DNA of 64,000 nucleotides from an uncultured Thermoplasmatales archaeon (GTDB lineage: Archaea; Thermoplasmatota; E2; DHVEG-1): NCBI GenBank assembly GCA_964518165.1, contig CAZFFN010000041.1, positions 1,791 to 65,790 of the forward strand, given 5' to 3'. Below the pieces are notes generated by a model that was not told the origin of the DNA, made no database searches, and worked only from the letters and a program-made list of their open reading frames with translations. The position numbers and the translations under genes are program-made. Positions 1 to 10,692 of the stretch are shown here, one piece after another. Positions within the stretch are counted from its first letter, which is position 1, and the number at the start of each line of letters is the position of its first letter.

Positions 1-140
1 TACGTTCTAATTTAAAGCTTTTTAGGTGTAAGTATTTAATGAATATCAATAAATAAAATTACGATGTCATTAAATACTAACTATAGTTATAGGTATTTAG
101 AAGCATACTTTTAAACAAGCTTCGCAGAAGGAAAAATAAA

Positions 141-293
141 ATGTATCGAGACAATAGAGGCCCACCAAGAGAAATGCATAAAGTAACATGTGCAGAATGT
201 GGGAAAGAAACTGAAGTTCCTTTTAAACCAGATGGAAAACGTCCAGTTTATTGTAAGGACTGCTATAGAAAGAAAAAACCAAGAAGATTTTAA
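141..293 (+). CDS. Small (50 aa) zinc-ribbon protein, CxxC-x17-CxxC, basic C-terminus
   Basis: ATG at 141 and TAA at 291, read by hand (too short for the ORF track). Translation is MYRDNRGPPREMHKVTCAECGKETEVPFKPDGKRPVYCKDCYRKKKPRRF, with two CxxC pairs. A GAAGGA purine-rich stretch lies about 10 nt upstream. Confidence 0.4.
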   Translation: MYRDNRGPPREMHKVTCAECGKETEVPFKPDGKRPVYCKDCYRKKKPRRF

Positions 294-428
294 TTTTTAA
301 AAATCCAAATATGGTTACATGTTAGTTTTTTAAATAAAATCTTTTCTTATTTTTTTAAAAAAAAATTTTGATAATATTCGAAAATTAGATTAATATTATT
401 ATCTATCACCTTTTTAGGATGCTAGGTT

Positions 429-3203
429 ATGACTGAGAAAAAAGATTTTTATCAAATGAATGTTAAAGAAAATCTAGAATCACTTAATTCATCAGAAAAG
501 GGGCTATCAAATAATGAAACAGAGAAACGTCTTAAGAAATATGGTAAAAATACACTTAAAACAGAGATAAAAACTCCTTTATGGCTTATTTTTCTATCTC
601 AGTTCAAAGAGCTTCTAGTATTAATTTTGATTATTGGTGGATTAATTGCTTATTTTATCGGTGATTTTCGTGATGGAACAATTATTTTTATAATTGTTAT
701 TGTAAACGCAATCATTGGTTTCATTCAGGAATACCGCGCTGGAAAAATTGTGGATAAACTTAAAACTATGATGAAGTCACCTGCTAAAGTCATAAGAGAG
801 GGTGAACTAATTGAAATAAGCCAAAAAAACTTGGTTCCAGGAGATATAATAAAAGTTGAAGAGGGAGATAAACTCCCTGCAGATGCAAGGATCATTGAAT
901 CTCAAGGTTTTAAAACAAATGATTTTGCTTTAACTGGTGAATCAGTACCTCAAGAAAAAACAAGTGATTCCCTAGGCAAAGATCTAGGTATTGCAGATAG
1001 GAAAAATATGGCATACGCCGGAACTACCGTTGCTTCAGGAAACGCTACCTGTATAGTAGTTGCTACAGGGATGGATAGTGAAACAGGTAAAATTGCTAAA
1101 ATGACTGAAGAAACAGAGCAGCTTGAAACACCTTTACAAAAAGAAATGAGACTATTAGCTAGACAATTAACAATTGGTGTTGTAATAATTGGTGCATCTC
1201 TTTTTTTTATAGGTCTTGCTCAGAACTTTTCAATTGAGATGAGTTTGATCTATGCTTTGGGTATTGCTATGGCTATTGTTCCTCAGGCTTTGCCTGCTCA
1301 AGTAACAGTTGCTTTATCAACCGGCAGCGGAAAACTTGCTGAAAGAAAAGCGATTGTCAAGAATCTACCCTCTGTTGAAACACTTGGTTCTACAACAGTT
1401 ATCTGTACTGATAAAACAGGGACCCTTACTAAAAATGAGATGACTGTAAAAAAAGTTTGGTTTAATTCTAAAGAATATCAGATAACTGGTCTAGGTTATG
1501 AACCAAAAGGAGAGATTCAAGATGAAAACGGAAAGAAAATTAATCAAAAACAGATCGATGAAATTGAGATTCTTATGGATTCAGCGACTATGGCATCAAA
1601 TGCTGAGATACATAAACCAGATGAGGAACATGATATTTGGTATCCAATAGGAGATCCTACTGAAGCGGCTTTAATTACAATGTCAACTAAAATTGGAACA
1701 AGGTCTCCAACTGAAGATGAAGAGAATCCAGAACTCCAGGAGTTTCCTTTTGACTCTAAAAGGAAAAGAATGAGCTCAGTTAGAAAATTTGGAAAAAATA
1801 TAGCTTTAAAGGTTAAGGGTTCAACAGATGGTGTTCTATCTATAAGTAAATATATCTATAAAGATGGTAAAAAAACATCTTTGAAAAAAGAGGATATTGA
1901 AGAGATTAAAAAAATAAACGAAGAATATTCTAAAAATGGTCTTAGGGTTTTAGCAATTGCAAGAAAAGATCTAGAAAATAAGGAAGAATATACTCAGGAA
2001 GAAGTAGAAAAAGATGTTACTTTTCTTGGCCTAGTTGCTATGATTGATCCGGCTAAAGAAGGTGTAAAAGAAGCTGTAACTGAAGCGCGTAAGGCAGGTA
2101 TTAGAATTATTATGATAACTGGCGATCATGCAATTACTGCACGTGCCATTGGAAAAGATATTGGCCTATCTGTTGAATGGGAAAATGATGTTTTCACAGG
2201 TAAAGAACTAAAAGAGATGGATGATGAAAAACTCAAAAATGTGCTAACTGGAAAGCAAAGCATTATTTTTTCTAGGGTTGATCCATCTGATAAACTAAGG
2301 ATTGTAAAAACTTTAGAAGAACAAGGGGAAATTGTAGCAGTCACTGGAGACGGTGTAAATGATGCTCCAGCTCTTAGAAAAGCACATATCGGAGTTGCAA
2401 TGGGCAGGGGTGGAACTGATGTAGCTAAAGAAGCTTCAAGACTTATTTTACTTGATGATAGCTTTCCAACTCTAGTTAATGCAATAGAAGAAGGAAGAAC
2501 TATTTTTGCAAATCTTAAAAAAACAATTTATTCTTCACTTACAACTAATATTGCCGAATTAGCACTCGTGTTATTTGGATTAGTTGGAGTTGCTCTTTGG
2601 GATTATCCAATTCCTATTCTTGCTGTACAGGTTCTCGCAGTTGATTTACTTGGTGAAATCATGCCTCTTACCTTTTTAACATTTGATCCGCCATCTAAAG
2701 AAATTATGAATCAGCCGCCTCGTGATCCAAAAAAACATATTGTAAATAGGCGTGTTTCTCTGGAGTTTATAACGATGGGAATTTTAATTGCGGGTCTTGC
2801 TTTTTCAAATTTCTTAATTTTTATCGAGCGGAAAGGTGTAACAAATCTTACATCAAAAATCACAGAGGACTTAAGTAATCTACCAATTGAGTATCTCCAG
2901 GTTGGTGCTTTAGCATACGCTACAATTGTTTTCTGCCAGTATATTAATATTTTACAGTGGAGACATAAAAAGACTACACTCTTTAATAAAAATATATTTT
3001 CAAATAAAATCCTAATCGGTTCAATAATTGGATCTATAGGTTTAGTTTTAATTGCGATTTATGCACCGGTTTTTAGTGATTTCTTTTTATTTGGTTCATT
3101 GAAACTAACTGACTGGGGATTTGTTCTAGTTGCAGCGATAATATATCTATTTGCGTTTGAGATATTAAAAATAACTAGAAAGAAAAAACCATTGGAGGAA
3201 TAA
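429..3203 (+). CDS. Cation-transporting P-type ATPase (P2-type; Ca2+/Mg2+/Na+ family)
   Basis: 924 aa. Carries the DKTGTLT phosphorylation motif, TGDGVNDAPAL and the hinge motif MITGDH, with N- and C-terminal transmembrane segments. Confidence 0.9.
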   Translation: MTEKKDFYQMNVKENLESLNSSEKGLSNNETEKRLKKYGKNTLKTEIKTPLWLIFLSQFKELLVLILIIGGLIAYFIGDFRDGTIIFIIVIVNAIIGFIQEYRAGKIVDKLKTMMKSPAKVIREGELIEISQKNLVPGDIIKVEEGDKLPADARIIESQGFKTNDFALTGESVPQEKTSDSLGKDLGIADRKNMAYAGTTVASGNATCIVVATGMDSETGKIAKMTEETEQLETPLQKEMRLLARQLTIGVVIIGASLFFIGLAQNFSIEMSLIYALGIAMAIVPQALPAQVTVALSTGSGKLAERKAIVKNLPSVETLGSTTVICTDKTGTLTKNEMTVKKVWFNSKEYQITGLGYEPKGEIQDENGKKINQKQIDEIEILMDSATMASNAEIHKPDEEHDIWYPIGDPTEAALITMSTKIGTRSPTEDEENPELQEFPFDSKRKRMSSVRKFGKNIALKVKGSTDGVLSISKYIYKDGKKTSLKKEDIEEIKKINEEYSKNGLRVLAIARKDLENKEEYTQEEVEKDVTFLGLVAMIDPAKEGVKEAVTEARKAGIRIIMITGDHAITARAIGKDIGLSVEWENDVFTGKELKEMDDEKLKNVLTGKQSIIFSRVDPSDKLRIVKTLEEQGEIVAVTGDGVNDAPALRKAHIGVAMGRGGTDVAKEASRLILLDDSFPTLVNAIEEGRTIFANLKKTIYSSLTTNIAELALVLFGLVGVALWDYPIPILAVQVLAVDLLGEIMPLTFLTFDPPSKEIMNQPPRDPKKHIVNRRVSLEFITMGILIAGLAFSNFLIFIERKGVTNLTSKITEDLSNLPIEYLQVGALAYATIVFCQYINILQWRHKKTTLFNKNIFSNKILIGSIIGSIGLVLIAIYAPVFSDFFLFGSLKLTDWGFVLVAAIIYLFAFEILKITRKKKPLEE

Positions 3204-3320
3204 ACAAAATAGCAGATTAATTAAGGTGTATACTATAATCAAAAATTTATCTATAATGCTTTTTTAGTGGGAATAATGTTAATAAAAAGTTTTAAATAAT
3301 ATAAATTATATATAAATATA

Positions 3321-5066
3321 ATGATTAAAATAGATAGATCTCTTGCTAAAAAGAAAAATTCTATCACATCAATGATATTAGTTTTTCTTCTAATACTTGC
3401 ATCTTTATCACCAATATTAACAGCATATCACATAAAAAACGCAGATTTAAAAGTGAAAGATGAACAAACCAATGGGCCGATAGAAATAAGAAAATACGTT
3501 TTGATTGACGGCGAAGAACATAAAATTTACCAAACAGAAAACAACTCGATTCTTAGATTTAGAGTCAAAATAAAATATCACGATACAGACGGCGAAGGTG
3601 AAAATTTTTTGCTTAAAGACATAGTAATAAAAGACAAACTACCTGATGAAATGAAATATCTTGATAACGCATCCATTCCTGCAGATAGCATAACAAACGA
3701 TGACAAAACAATCGAATGGAATTTTACCAATAAACTTGTTTTAACTGAAAAAGAAGATGAATATCCAGATAACATAACTATAGACTTCGATGTAAAAGTT
3801 GAAAAAGAAGGAATACTAAAAAATACAGCTGAAGTAACAGGTTTAGAACTATGTAAAGGAATAGAAAGATACAACGAGACTAGTATAAATATAACTGTAG
3901 GATCAATAGAAAAATATCACCTAAATGTTGAAACAATTGGAAAAGGTAAGGTAATAAAAACTCCAGAAAAAAATAAATATCTACAAAACGAAGAAGTAAT
4001 ACTCAAGGCCATTCCCGAAGAAAATTGGAAATTTTACTATTGGAATGGAGAATTATCTGGAAATGAATCCATCAAATCAATTATAATGGATAAGAATAAG
4101 ACAATATCAGCACACTTTAGAAAAAATAATACCGGAGAGAAACTTAAAATAAACATTACAAAACCAAAAAAACAATTTTCCTATTTTTATAATATACCAA
4201 TAGGATTAAAAATTCAACAGACAAAAATAGTTGGACCAATAACAATAAAAACAAAAGTTGAAAACGAAAGTGAAATTGAAAAAGTAGAATTTTATATAGA
4301 TGGAAAACTCAAAAATACAGATGAAAAATATCCATACGAATGGACATGGTGGTTTAAACCAATAGATTTGATAGATTTATATGAAATAAAAGTAGTAGCT
4401 TATGATAAACATGGAAATAACAACAGCGATAATATCACAGTACATAGAGAAAGACCAAAAATATTACTATCAGGATTAGCAAAAATTATAATAAATTTAT
4501 TTGGAAAAGATTTAGACAATAATTTCTGGAATAATCTAGAAAAAGATAAGCTAAAGAAATTTATATTAATTGCAGGGGGTGTTTTAATAGCAGGAAGTAT
4601 CATCAGACTATTAAGAAATAGAGGTGATGAAACTGAGCCAGATGAAACTGAGCCAGATGAAACAGATCCAGTTGAACCAGATAATAAAAATGCAAATGAA
4701 AAACCAGTAGCTAAAATTTCAGGCCCATACCAAGGAGAAATCGATCAAAAAATAAGTTTTGATGCATCAGACAGCTACGATCCAAATGGAGATTCAATGA
4801 CCTATAAATGGGACTTTGGCGACGGAAACACAGCTTACGGAGAAAAAGTAACACACATATACAAAAAACCAGGCAAATATACAATAAAACTTACTCTAGA
4901 GGATACACAGGGGTTAACTGAAACAGAAAAAAGAACTATAGAAATTACAGATAAAGATAAATCAAAAGAAGAAGACACCACTTTTTGGTATATAGTAACA
5001 GGCCTTAGCACCGGTCTTCTAGCAACTCTTGGAACACTTTATTTTAGGAGGCGATACTTTGTATAA
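3321..5066 (+). CDS. Surface/membrane-anchored protein with a PKD domain and an acidic ETEPD repeat linker
   Basis: N-terminal signal/TM segment and a C-terminal hydrophobic anchor. PKD-like segment YKWDFGDGNTAYGEKVTHIYKKPGKYTIKLTLEDTQG. Tandem 15-nt DNA repeat encoding DETEP units. Confidence 0.6.
   Translation: MIKIDRSLAKKKNSITSMILVFLLILASLSPILTAYHIKNADLKVKDEQTNGPIEIRKYVLIDGEEHKIYQTENNSILRFRVKIKYHDTDGEGENFLLKDIVIKDKLPDEMKYLDNASIPADSITNDDKTIEWNFTNKLVLTEKEDEYPDNITIDFDVKVEKEGILKNTAEVTGLELCKGIERYNETSINITVGSIEKYHLNVETIGKGKVIKTPEKNKYLQNEEVILKAIPEENWKFYYWNGELSGNESIKSIIMDKNKTISAHFRKNNTGEKLKINITKPKKQFSYFYNIPIGLKIQQTKIVGPITIKTKVENESEIEKVEFYIDGKLKNTDEKYPYEWTWWFKPIDLIDLYEIKVVAYDKHGNNNSDNITVHRERPKILLSGLAKIIINLFGKDLDNNFWNNLEKDKLKKFILIAGGVLIAGSIIRLLRNRGDETEPDETEPDETDPVEPDNKNANEKPVAKISGPYQGEIDQKISFDASDSYDPNGDSMTYKWDFGDGNTAYGEKVTHIYKKPGKYTIKLTLEDTQGLTETEKRTIEITDKDKSKEEDTTFWYIVTGLSTGLLATLGTLYFRRRYFV
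4626..4670 (+). repeat. Tandem 15-nt repeat (gatgaaactgagcca x2 plus a diverged third unit) encoding a DETEP linker in the PKD surface protein
   Basis: Visible directly in the sequence. Confidence 0.8.
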
Positions 5067-5934
5067 AATTAAAAAAATGCCTATAGATATTTCATTATTT
5101 TTAATATCTATAATCTCAATGATTATTTACTATTTTTTCTTTGATTATTATACAATTGGATTGTTCATACATTATGGATATGCAATATCCGCTCTTACAC
5201 ACGTACCATACATCCTAATTACACTTTTCTTATATGCTATGGTTTTTTGTGGTTTAATGGCTGTTATTTATGGCTTTTTACATAGAAGACCTTGGACACG
5301 AAAATTCACAATACTATACATTGTATGGGCTTTACTTTGGACTATATGGTCTCTCTTAGTTGGAAATAATGTTTTCTTAAACTTTGTTTATCTGATTATA
5401 TATGTTTTAATGATAATTTATCTATTTTCACAAAGAGTAATAGATTACTTTGAAAAAATAAAAATATACACATACAAAGACTATACTTTATACAAAAGAG
5501 ATGTTCAACTTAAAAATAAAAACGGTATTGTAACAATTCATTTCTTTTCAAAACATAAACCAAAAAGTGGAACACCAACATATCTACCAGAAAGATACAC
5601 CATAGGAATAAACAAAAGAAGCAAAATGCCCTATCTAAAAAAGAAAAGCAATAAAAAAGAAGAAAAGAAAAAAATAGAAAAAGAAGGAGATGAAAAAACA
5701 AACAATAATCACAAAAGAAATTCTAATGTTATTTATGTTGTAAGTAAACCCCAGCCAGGACAAGTAAAAGGAGATTGGGCAGTAAGAACACATAGAAAAA
5801 TATTTAGTCATCACAGAACAAAAGTTAATGCAATAAAAGCAGCCAGAAAACTTGGAAAAGAAAAAAAAGCTACAGTTTTAATTCAAAAAACAGATGGAAA
5901 ATTTTCGAGAAGCATTAAACAAAAGAAAGACTAA
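5059..5934 (+). CDS. Hypothetical membrane protein with a lysine-rich, basic C-terminal half
   Basis: The ORF track starts at a TTG (5029). An in-frame TTG at 5059 lies 7 nt after GGAGG (5047-5051), so 5059 is the preferred start. About 4 TM helices are followed by a K-rich tail. Confidence 0.45.
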   Translation: MYKIKKMPIDISLFLISIISMIIYYFFFDYYTIGLFIHYGYAISALTHVPYILITLFLYAMVFCGLMAVIYGFLHRRPWTRKFTILYIVWALLWTIWSLLVGNNVFLNFVYLIIYVLMIIYLFSQRVIDYFEKIKIYTYKDYTLYKRDVQLKNKNGIVTIHFFSKHKPKSGTPTYLPERYTIGINKRSKMPYLKKKSNKKEEKKKIEKEGDEKTNNNHKRNSNVIYVVSKPQPGQVKGDWAVRTHRKIFSHHRTKVNAIKAARKLGKEKKATVLIQKTDGKFSRSIKQKKD

Positions 5935-6165
5935 AAAAAATATTTTAACCAATATAAGGCCCCATATTCTTCCTTTTAATATATTATAATCTGCAAGTAA
6001 ATGTTCCTACAAGTTACCAAATGCATAGTGGCCCGCTAAAAATTCAAATGCAATTGTTAGACTAAAACATATAAATAAAAAATGTGCCAACTAATACAGA
6101 GACAAAATTCAAAATTATAAAAGTCAGTAACTTTGAAATACCAAAAAGAATATTTTGATTAGGAT

Positions 6166-7131
6166 ATGGTGAAGAGGAGGAGTAAACTTTCCAAATTGAT
6201 TCTATGGGAGATCATACTATTATTTTTACTTGTAGTAATCTTTGTAGGTGGTCAAAAGATCTTTCAGATAACATCACTCCAAGAAATAATATCAACTCTG
6301 CTTCCACCAATTTTGTTAATTATCACAGTGGTTGTTGTAACCAAGTTATTTGTTATTGTTTTAGAACCAATTTTCAAAAGAGCTCTTCAAAAGTATATTA
6401 GCCCTTATAATGTTAAAAATACATGGCAATTTATTAGCTATCTTATTTGGATAATATCTCTAATAATACTAATAATTCTACTAATCGGAGTTCTTGTAGG
6501 TGAACAGATCAATACAGGCGTAGGAATCTCTATTGCATTCATAATAGTTATTTTCATAATAGTATCCTATAAATCAATTTCAAATTTTGTTGGATGGCTT
6601 CATATAATTTTTTCAAGCCCCATTCAAAAAGGTGATTTAGTAGAGATAGAGGGTATAAAAGGAAGAGTTTCTGAAGTAACAACCATGAACATTATTCTTG
6701 AAGAAAAAGAAACAAGCTTAAAAGACGCTGGATACTCCGGGCGTAAAATCAACATACCAAACTCATATATTTTTTCAAGGCCTATTGCTTTAATCAGCGC
6801 TAAAGAGTCAATTGTATGGGACGAAATAAAGATATTATTACCAGCTAGAACTAATTATTTACTTGCTGAAGACATAATGGCTGAAGTCGCTAAAAGTATA
6901 GCTGGTCCAATTATGAAAAAACGAAGAAAAGAGATGGTTAGAAAAATGTCTATCGGTGAAGAGGTACCATCAGTTCCTATAACTGAATTTTCAATAGAAA
7001 AAAATGGCGTTTTAATCACTTTAAGATATTTCTGTAGGCTAAAAGAAAGAGCTGAAGTTAGATCAGCTATTTCAGAGGGAATATTAAAAGAATTAAGAAA
7101 AAATAAAATTGAACCAAAATTTTCAAATTAA
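6166..7131 (+). CDS. Small-conductance mechanosensitive channel (MscS family)
   Basis: TM helices followed by an MscS-type beta domain: GDLVEIEGIKGRVSEVTTMNIILEEKETSLKDAGYSGRKINIPNSYIFSRPI. Confidence 0.7.
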   Translation: MVKRRSKLSKLILWEIILLFLLVVIFVGGQKIFQITSLQEIISTLLPPILLIITVVVVTKLFVIVLEPIFKRALQKYISPYNVKNTWQFISYLIWIISLIILIILLIGVLVGEQINTGVGISIAFIIVIFIIVSYKSISNFVGWLHIIFSSPIQKGDLVEIEGIKGRVSEVTTMNIILEEKETSLKDAGYSGRKINIPNSYIFSRPIALISAKESIVWDEIKILLPARTNYLLAEDIMAEVAKSIAGPIMKKRRKEMVRKMSIGEEVPSVPITEFSIEKNGVLITLRYFCRLKERAEVRSAISEGILKELRKNKIEPKFSN

Positions 7132-7151
7132 AAAAGTGAGTTTGAAATTTC

Positions 7152-8525
7152 ATGTATATTATTATTGGTGGAGCAGGTGATGCAGGAATACATCTAGCAA
7201 GTATATTAGCTAAGGATGGAAATGAGGTAGTTTTAATTGATAACGACTCAAAAGCAGTTGATAAAGCTAGAGAAATAGATGCATTAGTTATAAAAGGAAA
7301 TGTATGTGATTTTAAAACTCTTCTTGATGCTGGAATCACAGATTGTGATTATTATATAGGTCTAGTTAAACAAGATAGTGAAAATTTAGTTAGCTGTTCA
7401 CTTGCAGATTTCTATGGTAAAAGAACAATTGCCAGAGTTAAATCGCCGTTTCTTGCAAAAGATGGATTGTCTAGGAGATATACCCCAATTGGAACAGATA
7501 TTGCTCTATGCCCCTCTTTAATTGCTTCCTCTCAACTATCGAGAATATTTGCATTTCCTTCAAGATTAAAAAAAGTAAAAAAGTATAGAATAGGGATTTA
7601 TCGTGCAATCATTGATGAGGAATCAAAAAGCAACAATAAATCAATTTCCAGTTTAAATATTCCAAATGGTGCTAAAATTGTATCAGTATTTAGAGGAATT
7701 AACCAATTTCTACCAACTGATTCACTTACATTACAATCACAAGATGAACTATGTATCTTAATGGATGAAAGAGTTAAAATCATGGATGTGGCAAAATCTA
7801 TTGACTGCAGCATTTTTCCATATAACGAAGTAAACAACGTCTTTATAGCAGGTGCAACAGACATGGGGCTTACGTTATCGGGTCAACTTTTAGAATCTAA
7901 TATTAAAGTTACTATGATGGACCTTTCCAAACAAAGACTAAATAGAGCAGCTAGAAGACTGAAAAAAGCATCTGTAGTCTATGGTGATCCCTTAGGACAC
8001 GGAGTCTTAAAAAAAGAAGGAATAGAAGAATTTGATGTATTAATGACGTTAGGTAACAGCCTTGAAAGAAATATTTTCATATCATTAATCGGTAAACAAT
8101 ATGATATTAATCAAGCTGTAACTCTCATTGATAGAATAGATTTAAAAGAGTCAATAGAAGGAACACTAATCGATAACGCTGTTGTACCTAATTTACTACT
8201 TGTAAAAACTATTATTAATGTCATCAAAGAAAAACATGAGATAAAAGATAGAACCAGAAAAAGAAGAACAATAAAAGTTAGTTCCCTTCAGACTAAAGAC
8301 ATTCTTTTAAAAAGGATTAAAGTCAATAAAAGAATGAGATGCATTGATAAAAAAATCCATACTTTTTCCCCAGAATCAGGTAATTTTTTAATTCCTTGTA
8401 TCTCAAAAAAAGATAAAAAAGGGTTTATTCCAACTAATGATTATATAATTAAAGATGAAGACATTCTTTTTGTATTGTTTCATTCAACAGATGAAGAATC
8501 AGTAAAAAGATGGTTGATTGGGTGA
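7152..8525 (+). CDS. trkA: K+ uptake system NAD-binding subunit TrkA (tandem TrkA-N/TrkA-C)
   Basis: Rossmann GxGxxG at the N-terminus (IIIGGAGDAGIHLA) and a second TrkA-N near residue 225. Overlaps the trkH start by 8 nt. Confidence 0.8.
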   Translation: MYIIIGGAGDAGIHLASILAKDGNEVVLIDNDSKAVDKAREIDALVIKGNVCDFKTLLDAGITDCDYYIGLVKQDSENLVSCSLADFYGKRTIARVKSPFLAKDGLSRRYTPIGTDIALCPSLIASSQLSRIFAFPSRLKKVKKYRIGIYRAIIDEESKSNNKSISSLNIPNGAKIVSVFRGINQFLPTDSLTLQSQDELCILMDERVKIMDVAKSIDCSIFPYNEVNNVFIAGATDMGLTLSGQLLESNIKVTMMDLSKQRLNRAARRLKKASVVYGDPLGHGVLKKEGIEEFDVLMTLGNSLERNIFISLIGKQYDINQAVTLIDRIDLKESIEGTLIDNAVVPNLLLVKTIINVIKEKHEIKDRTRKRRTIKVSSLQTKDILLKRIKVNKRMRCIDKKIHTFSPESGNFLIPCISKKDKKGFIPTNDYIIKDEDILFVLFHSTDEESVKRWLIG

Positions 8526-10020
8526 GGAAAAATTGAGGTTAAAAGTTGTCACTGGAACAATCGGTACAATCCTTAAATTTTTCTCTTTTGCTTTTTTAAT
8601 TCCCATAATACCTTCAATTTATTTTTGGGAACCCGAAATAACAGTTTTGTCTTTTCAAGTTCCATATACAAGTATTATTTTTTTCTTGTGTTTTATTATA
8701 ACGCTTTTATTTGGATTTGGACTTGAAAAAACTGGTTCACTAAAAGATTTTACAGATAAAGAAGGGTTTGCAATTGTGTCAGCAGGATGGTTAATTGTTG
8801 CCCTTTTTGCAGCTCTTCCATTTATTCTAACAAAATCGGTTGTTACTTTTTCTCAAGCATATTTTGAAGCTATGTCAGGCGTAACTACAACAGGTGCTAC
8901 AATTCTATCTTATCCATTAGAGGAACATCTGCAAAGCGTCCTTTTTTGGAGAGGTTTTTTACAATGGCTTGGAGGAATGGGGATCATTGTTCTAAGTGTA
9001 GCAGTTCTTACAAGGCTTACTTCAGGCGGTAGAAAACTAATCGAATCTGAAGCACCAGGTCCTGCTCAAAATAAATTAAAACCAACTATCATGCAAACAG
9101 CAAAATTACTTTGGCTGGTGTATGTCTTTTTTACAATAGCTCAAATTATTGCTTTAAAAATTGCTGGTGTATCTTTTTATAATAGCATTTATCACGCTCT
9201 AACTACAATGTCTACAGCTGGTTTTTCTCCACATACTACAAGTATCGCTGAATATTCTTCTCCTTTTGTCCATTGGATTATCATATTTTTCATGATAATT
9301 GCAGGGACTAACTTTACACTTCATTATTATGCACTTCATGGAAAAAAGAAAAGTTATCGTAGTGACCCAGAGTTTAAATTCTATATAGGTATGATTTGCG
9401 TATTTGTTGCTTTAATCTTTTTTGATTTACTTGCAAATGGATACATATTCAAAGAAGCTTTAACTCATTCTGCTTTCCAATCTGTATCAATTATGACTAC
9501 AACAGGTTATACCACAGCTAACTATGGAGAATGGTCTAGCTTTTCAAAATTTTTAATTTTTATTTTGATGTTTTTCGGTGGTTGTGCAGGATCGACTTCT
9601 GGCGCTGTAAAACAGGTAAGAATTTTACTAATGTTTAAAATGCTTAAGAGAAAACTTCAAAAACTACTGCACCCAAATATTGTCCTACCTCTACGATTAG
9701 GAGAAAAAATCATTCCTGAAGAAACAATTCACACAATTTCTATGTTTTTATTTGCATATCTTTTAATATTTATTATCTCAAGTGCTGCGATGGTAGCATT
9801 AGGTCTTGATATGATAACTGGTGTTTCATCAGCAGCATCTTGTCTTGGAAACGTGGGACCTGCATTAGGAATGGTTGATCCAAGTAATAGTTATGCAGCA
9901 ATACCAGAGGCAGGAAAAATCTGGTTAACTTTTTGCATGTGGCTTGGAAGACTTGAAATATTTACTGCATTGATTTTATTTATTCCATCAGCCTATAAAA
10001 GAGAAACGTTTCTTGAGTGA
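8518..10020 (+). CDS. trkH: K+ transporter membrane subunit TrkH
   Basis: 500 aa polytopic protein. Repeated selectivity-filter-like segments TTGATIL, GGMGIIVL, MTTTGYTT and CLGNVGPALG. Operon with trkA. Confidence 0.85.
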   Translation: MGEEKLRLKVVTGTIGTILKFFSFAFLIPIIPSIYFWEPEITVLSFQVPYTSIIFFLCFIITLLFGFGLEKTGSLKDFTDKEGFAIVSAGWLIVALFAALPFILTKSVVTFSQAYFEAMSGVTTTGATILSYPLEEHLQSVLFWRGFLQWLGGMGIIVLSVAVLTRLTSGGRKLIESEAPGPAQNKLKPTIMQTAKLLWLVYVFFTIAQIIALKIAGVSFYNSIYHALTTMSTAGFSPHTTSIAEYSSPFVHWIIIFFMIIAGTNFTLHYYALHGKKKSYRSDPEFKFYIGMICVFVALIFFDLLANGYIFKEALTHSAFQSVSIMTTTGYTTANYGEWSSFSKFLIFILMFFGGCAGSTSGAVKQVRILLMFKMLKRKLQKLLHPNIVLPLRLGEKIIPEETIHTISMFLFAYLLIFIISSAAMVALGLDMITGVSSAASCLGNVGPALGMVDPSNSYAAIPEAGKIWLTFCMWLGRLEIFTALILFIPSAYKRETFLE

Positions 10021-10084
10021 AATACCAATAAAATGTTTAAATGATTGTATATTACATATTGGAAATCTAGATGAGGGCTGATAA

Positions 10085-10620
10085 TTGCCTAAAATAACTT
10101 TAATTGATAAAAAATTCAAAAAAAATCCATTTAAATATATATCCCAGTGTGTACTTGCATCTTTGACTATATTAGCTGTATTACTTTTTCTAGACGTATT
10201 AAATGAAACAGCAATAATTACAGCTCTTGGAGCTAGTACCTTAATTGTTTTTACAATGCCTAATCAATATAAATCTGACCCAAGACGTTTGATAGGCGGA
10301 TATTTTGTTGGCTTATGTGCTGGATTTTTATTTTATCTAGTTTCATAAAAGAGCTAATCGATAGTGAAACTACAACTTTGATAATATTTGGTTCAATAGC
10401 TGTTGGTGTATCGATATTTATAATGGCAGTTACAAATACCGAACATGCTCCTGCAGCAGGAATTGCATTGGGTTTAGTGATAAATAGATGGGAACTATTA
10501 ACTATAATTTTTATCCTCACAGCTATTGTCTGGATGGTAGGTATACAAGTTATTCTAAAAAAACACCGTATGGATCTTATTTCACCATATGAACATCCAA
10601 TAGACGAAAATAAAAGATAA
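10085..10620 (+). pseudogene. HPP-family membrane protein disrupted by a frameshift (or uncorrected homopolymer error) near 10322-10340
   Basis: ORF 10085..10348 (frame 2) carries the HPP N-terminal signature ...ALGASTLIVF...RRLIGGYFVGLCAG. ORF 10315..10620 (frame 1) carries the HPP-like HAPAAG motif and the C-terminal TMs. The frames switch inside a T-rich run (ggatttttattttat). Confidence 0.55.
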
Positions 10621-10692
10621 AAAAATCTATGATTAATTTTAAAAAGGATAATTTATTATGCTGTTTTATTATTTGAGGGAATATTAAGAAAT

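Noticed and set aside
6204-6401. 65-aa plus-strand ORF inside the MscS gene (alternate frame)
   Set aside because: Out-of-frame overlap with a gene that has a clear MscS signature. Cys/Asn-rich artefact.
10260-10520. 86-aa minus-strand ORF overlapping the HPP locus
   Set aside because: Antisense to the recognisable HPP-family coding frames. No motif support.
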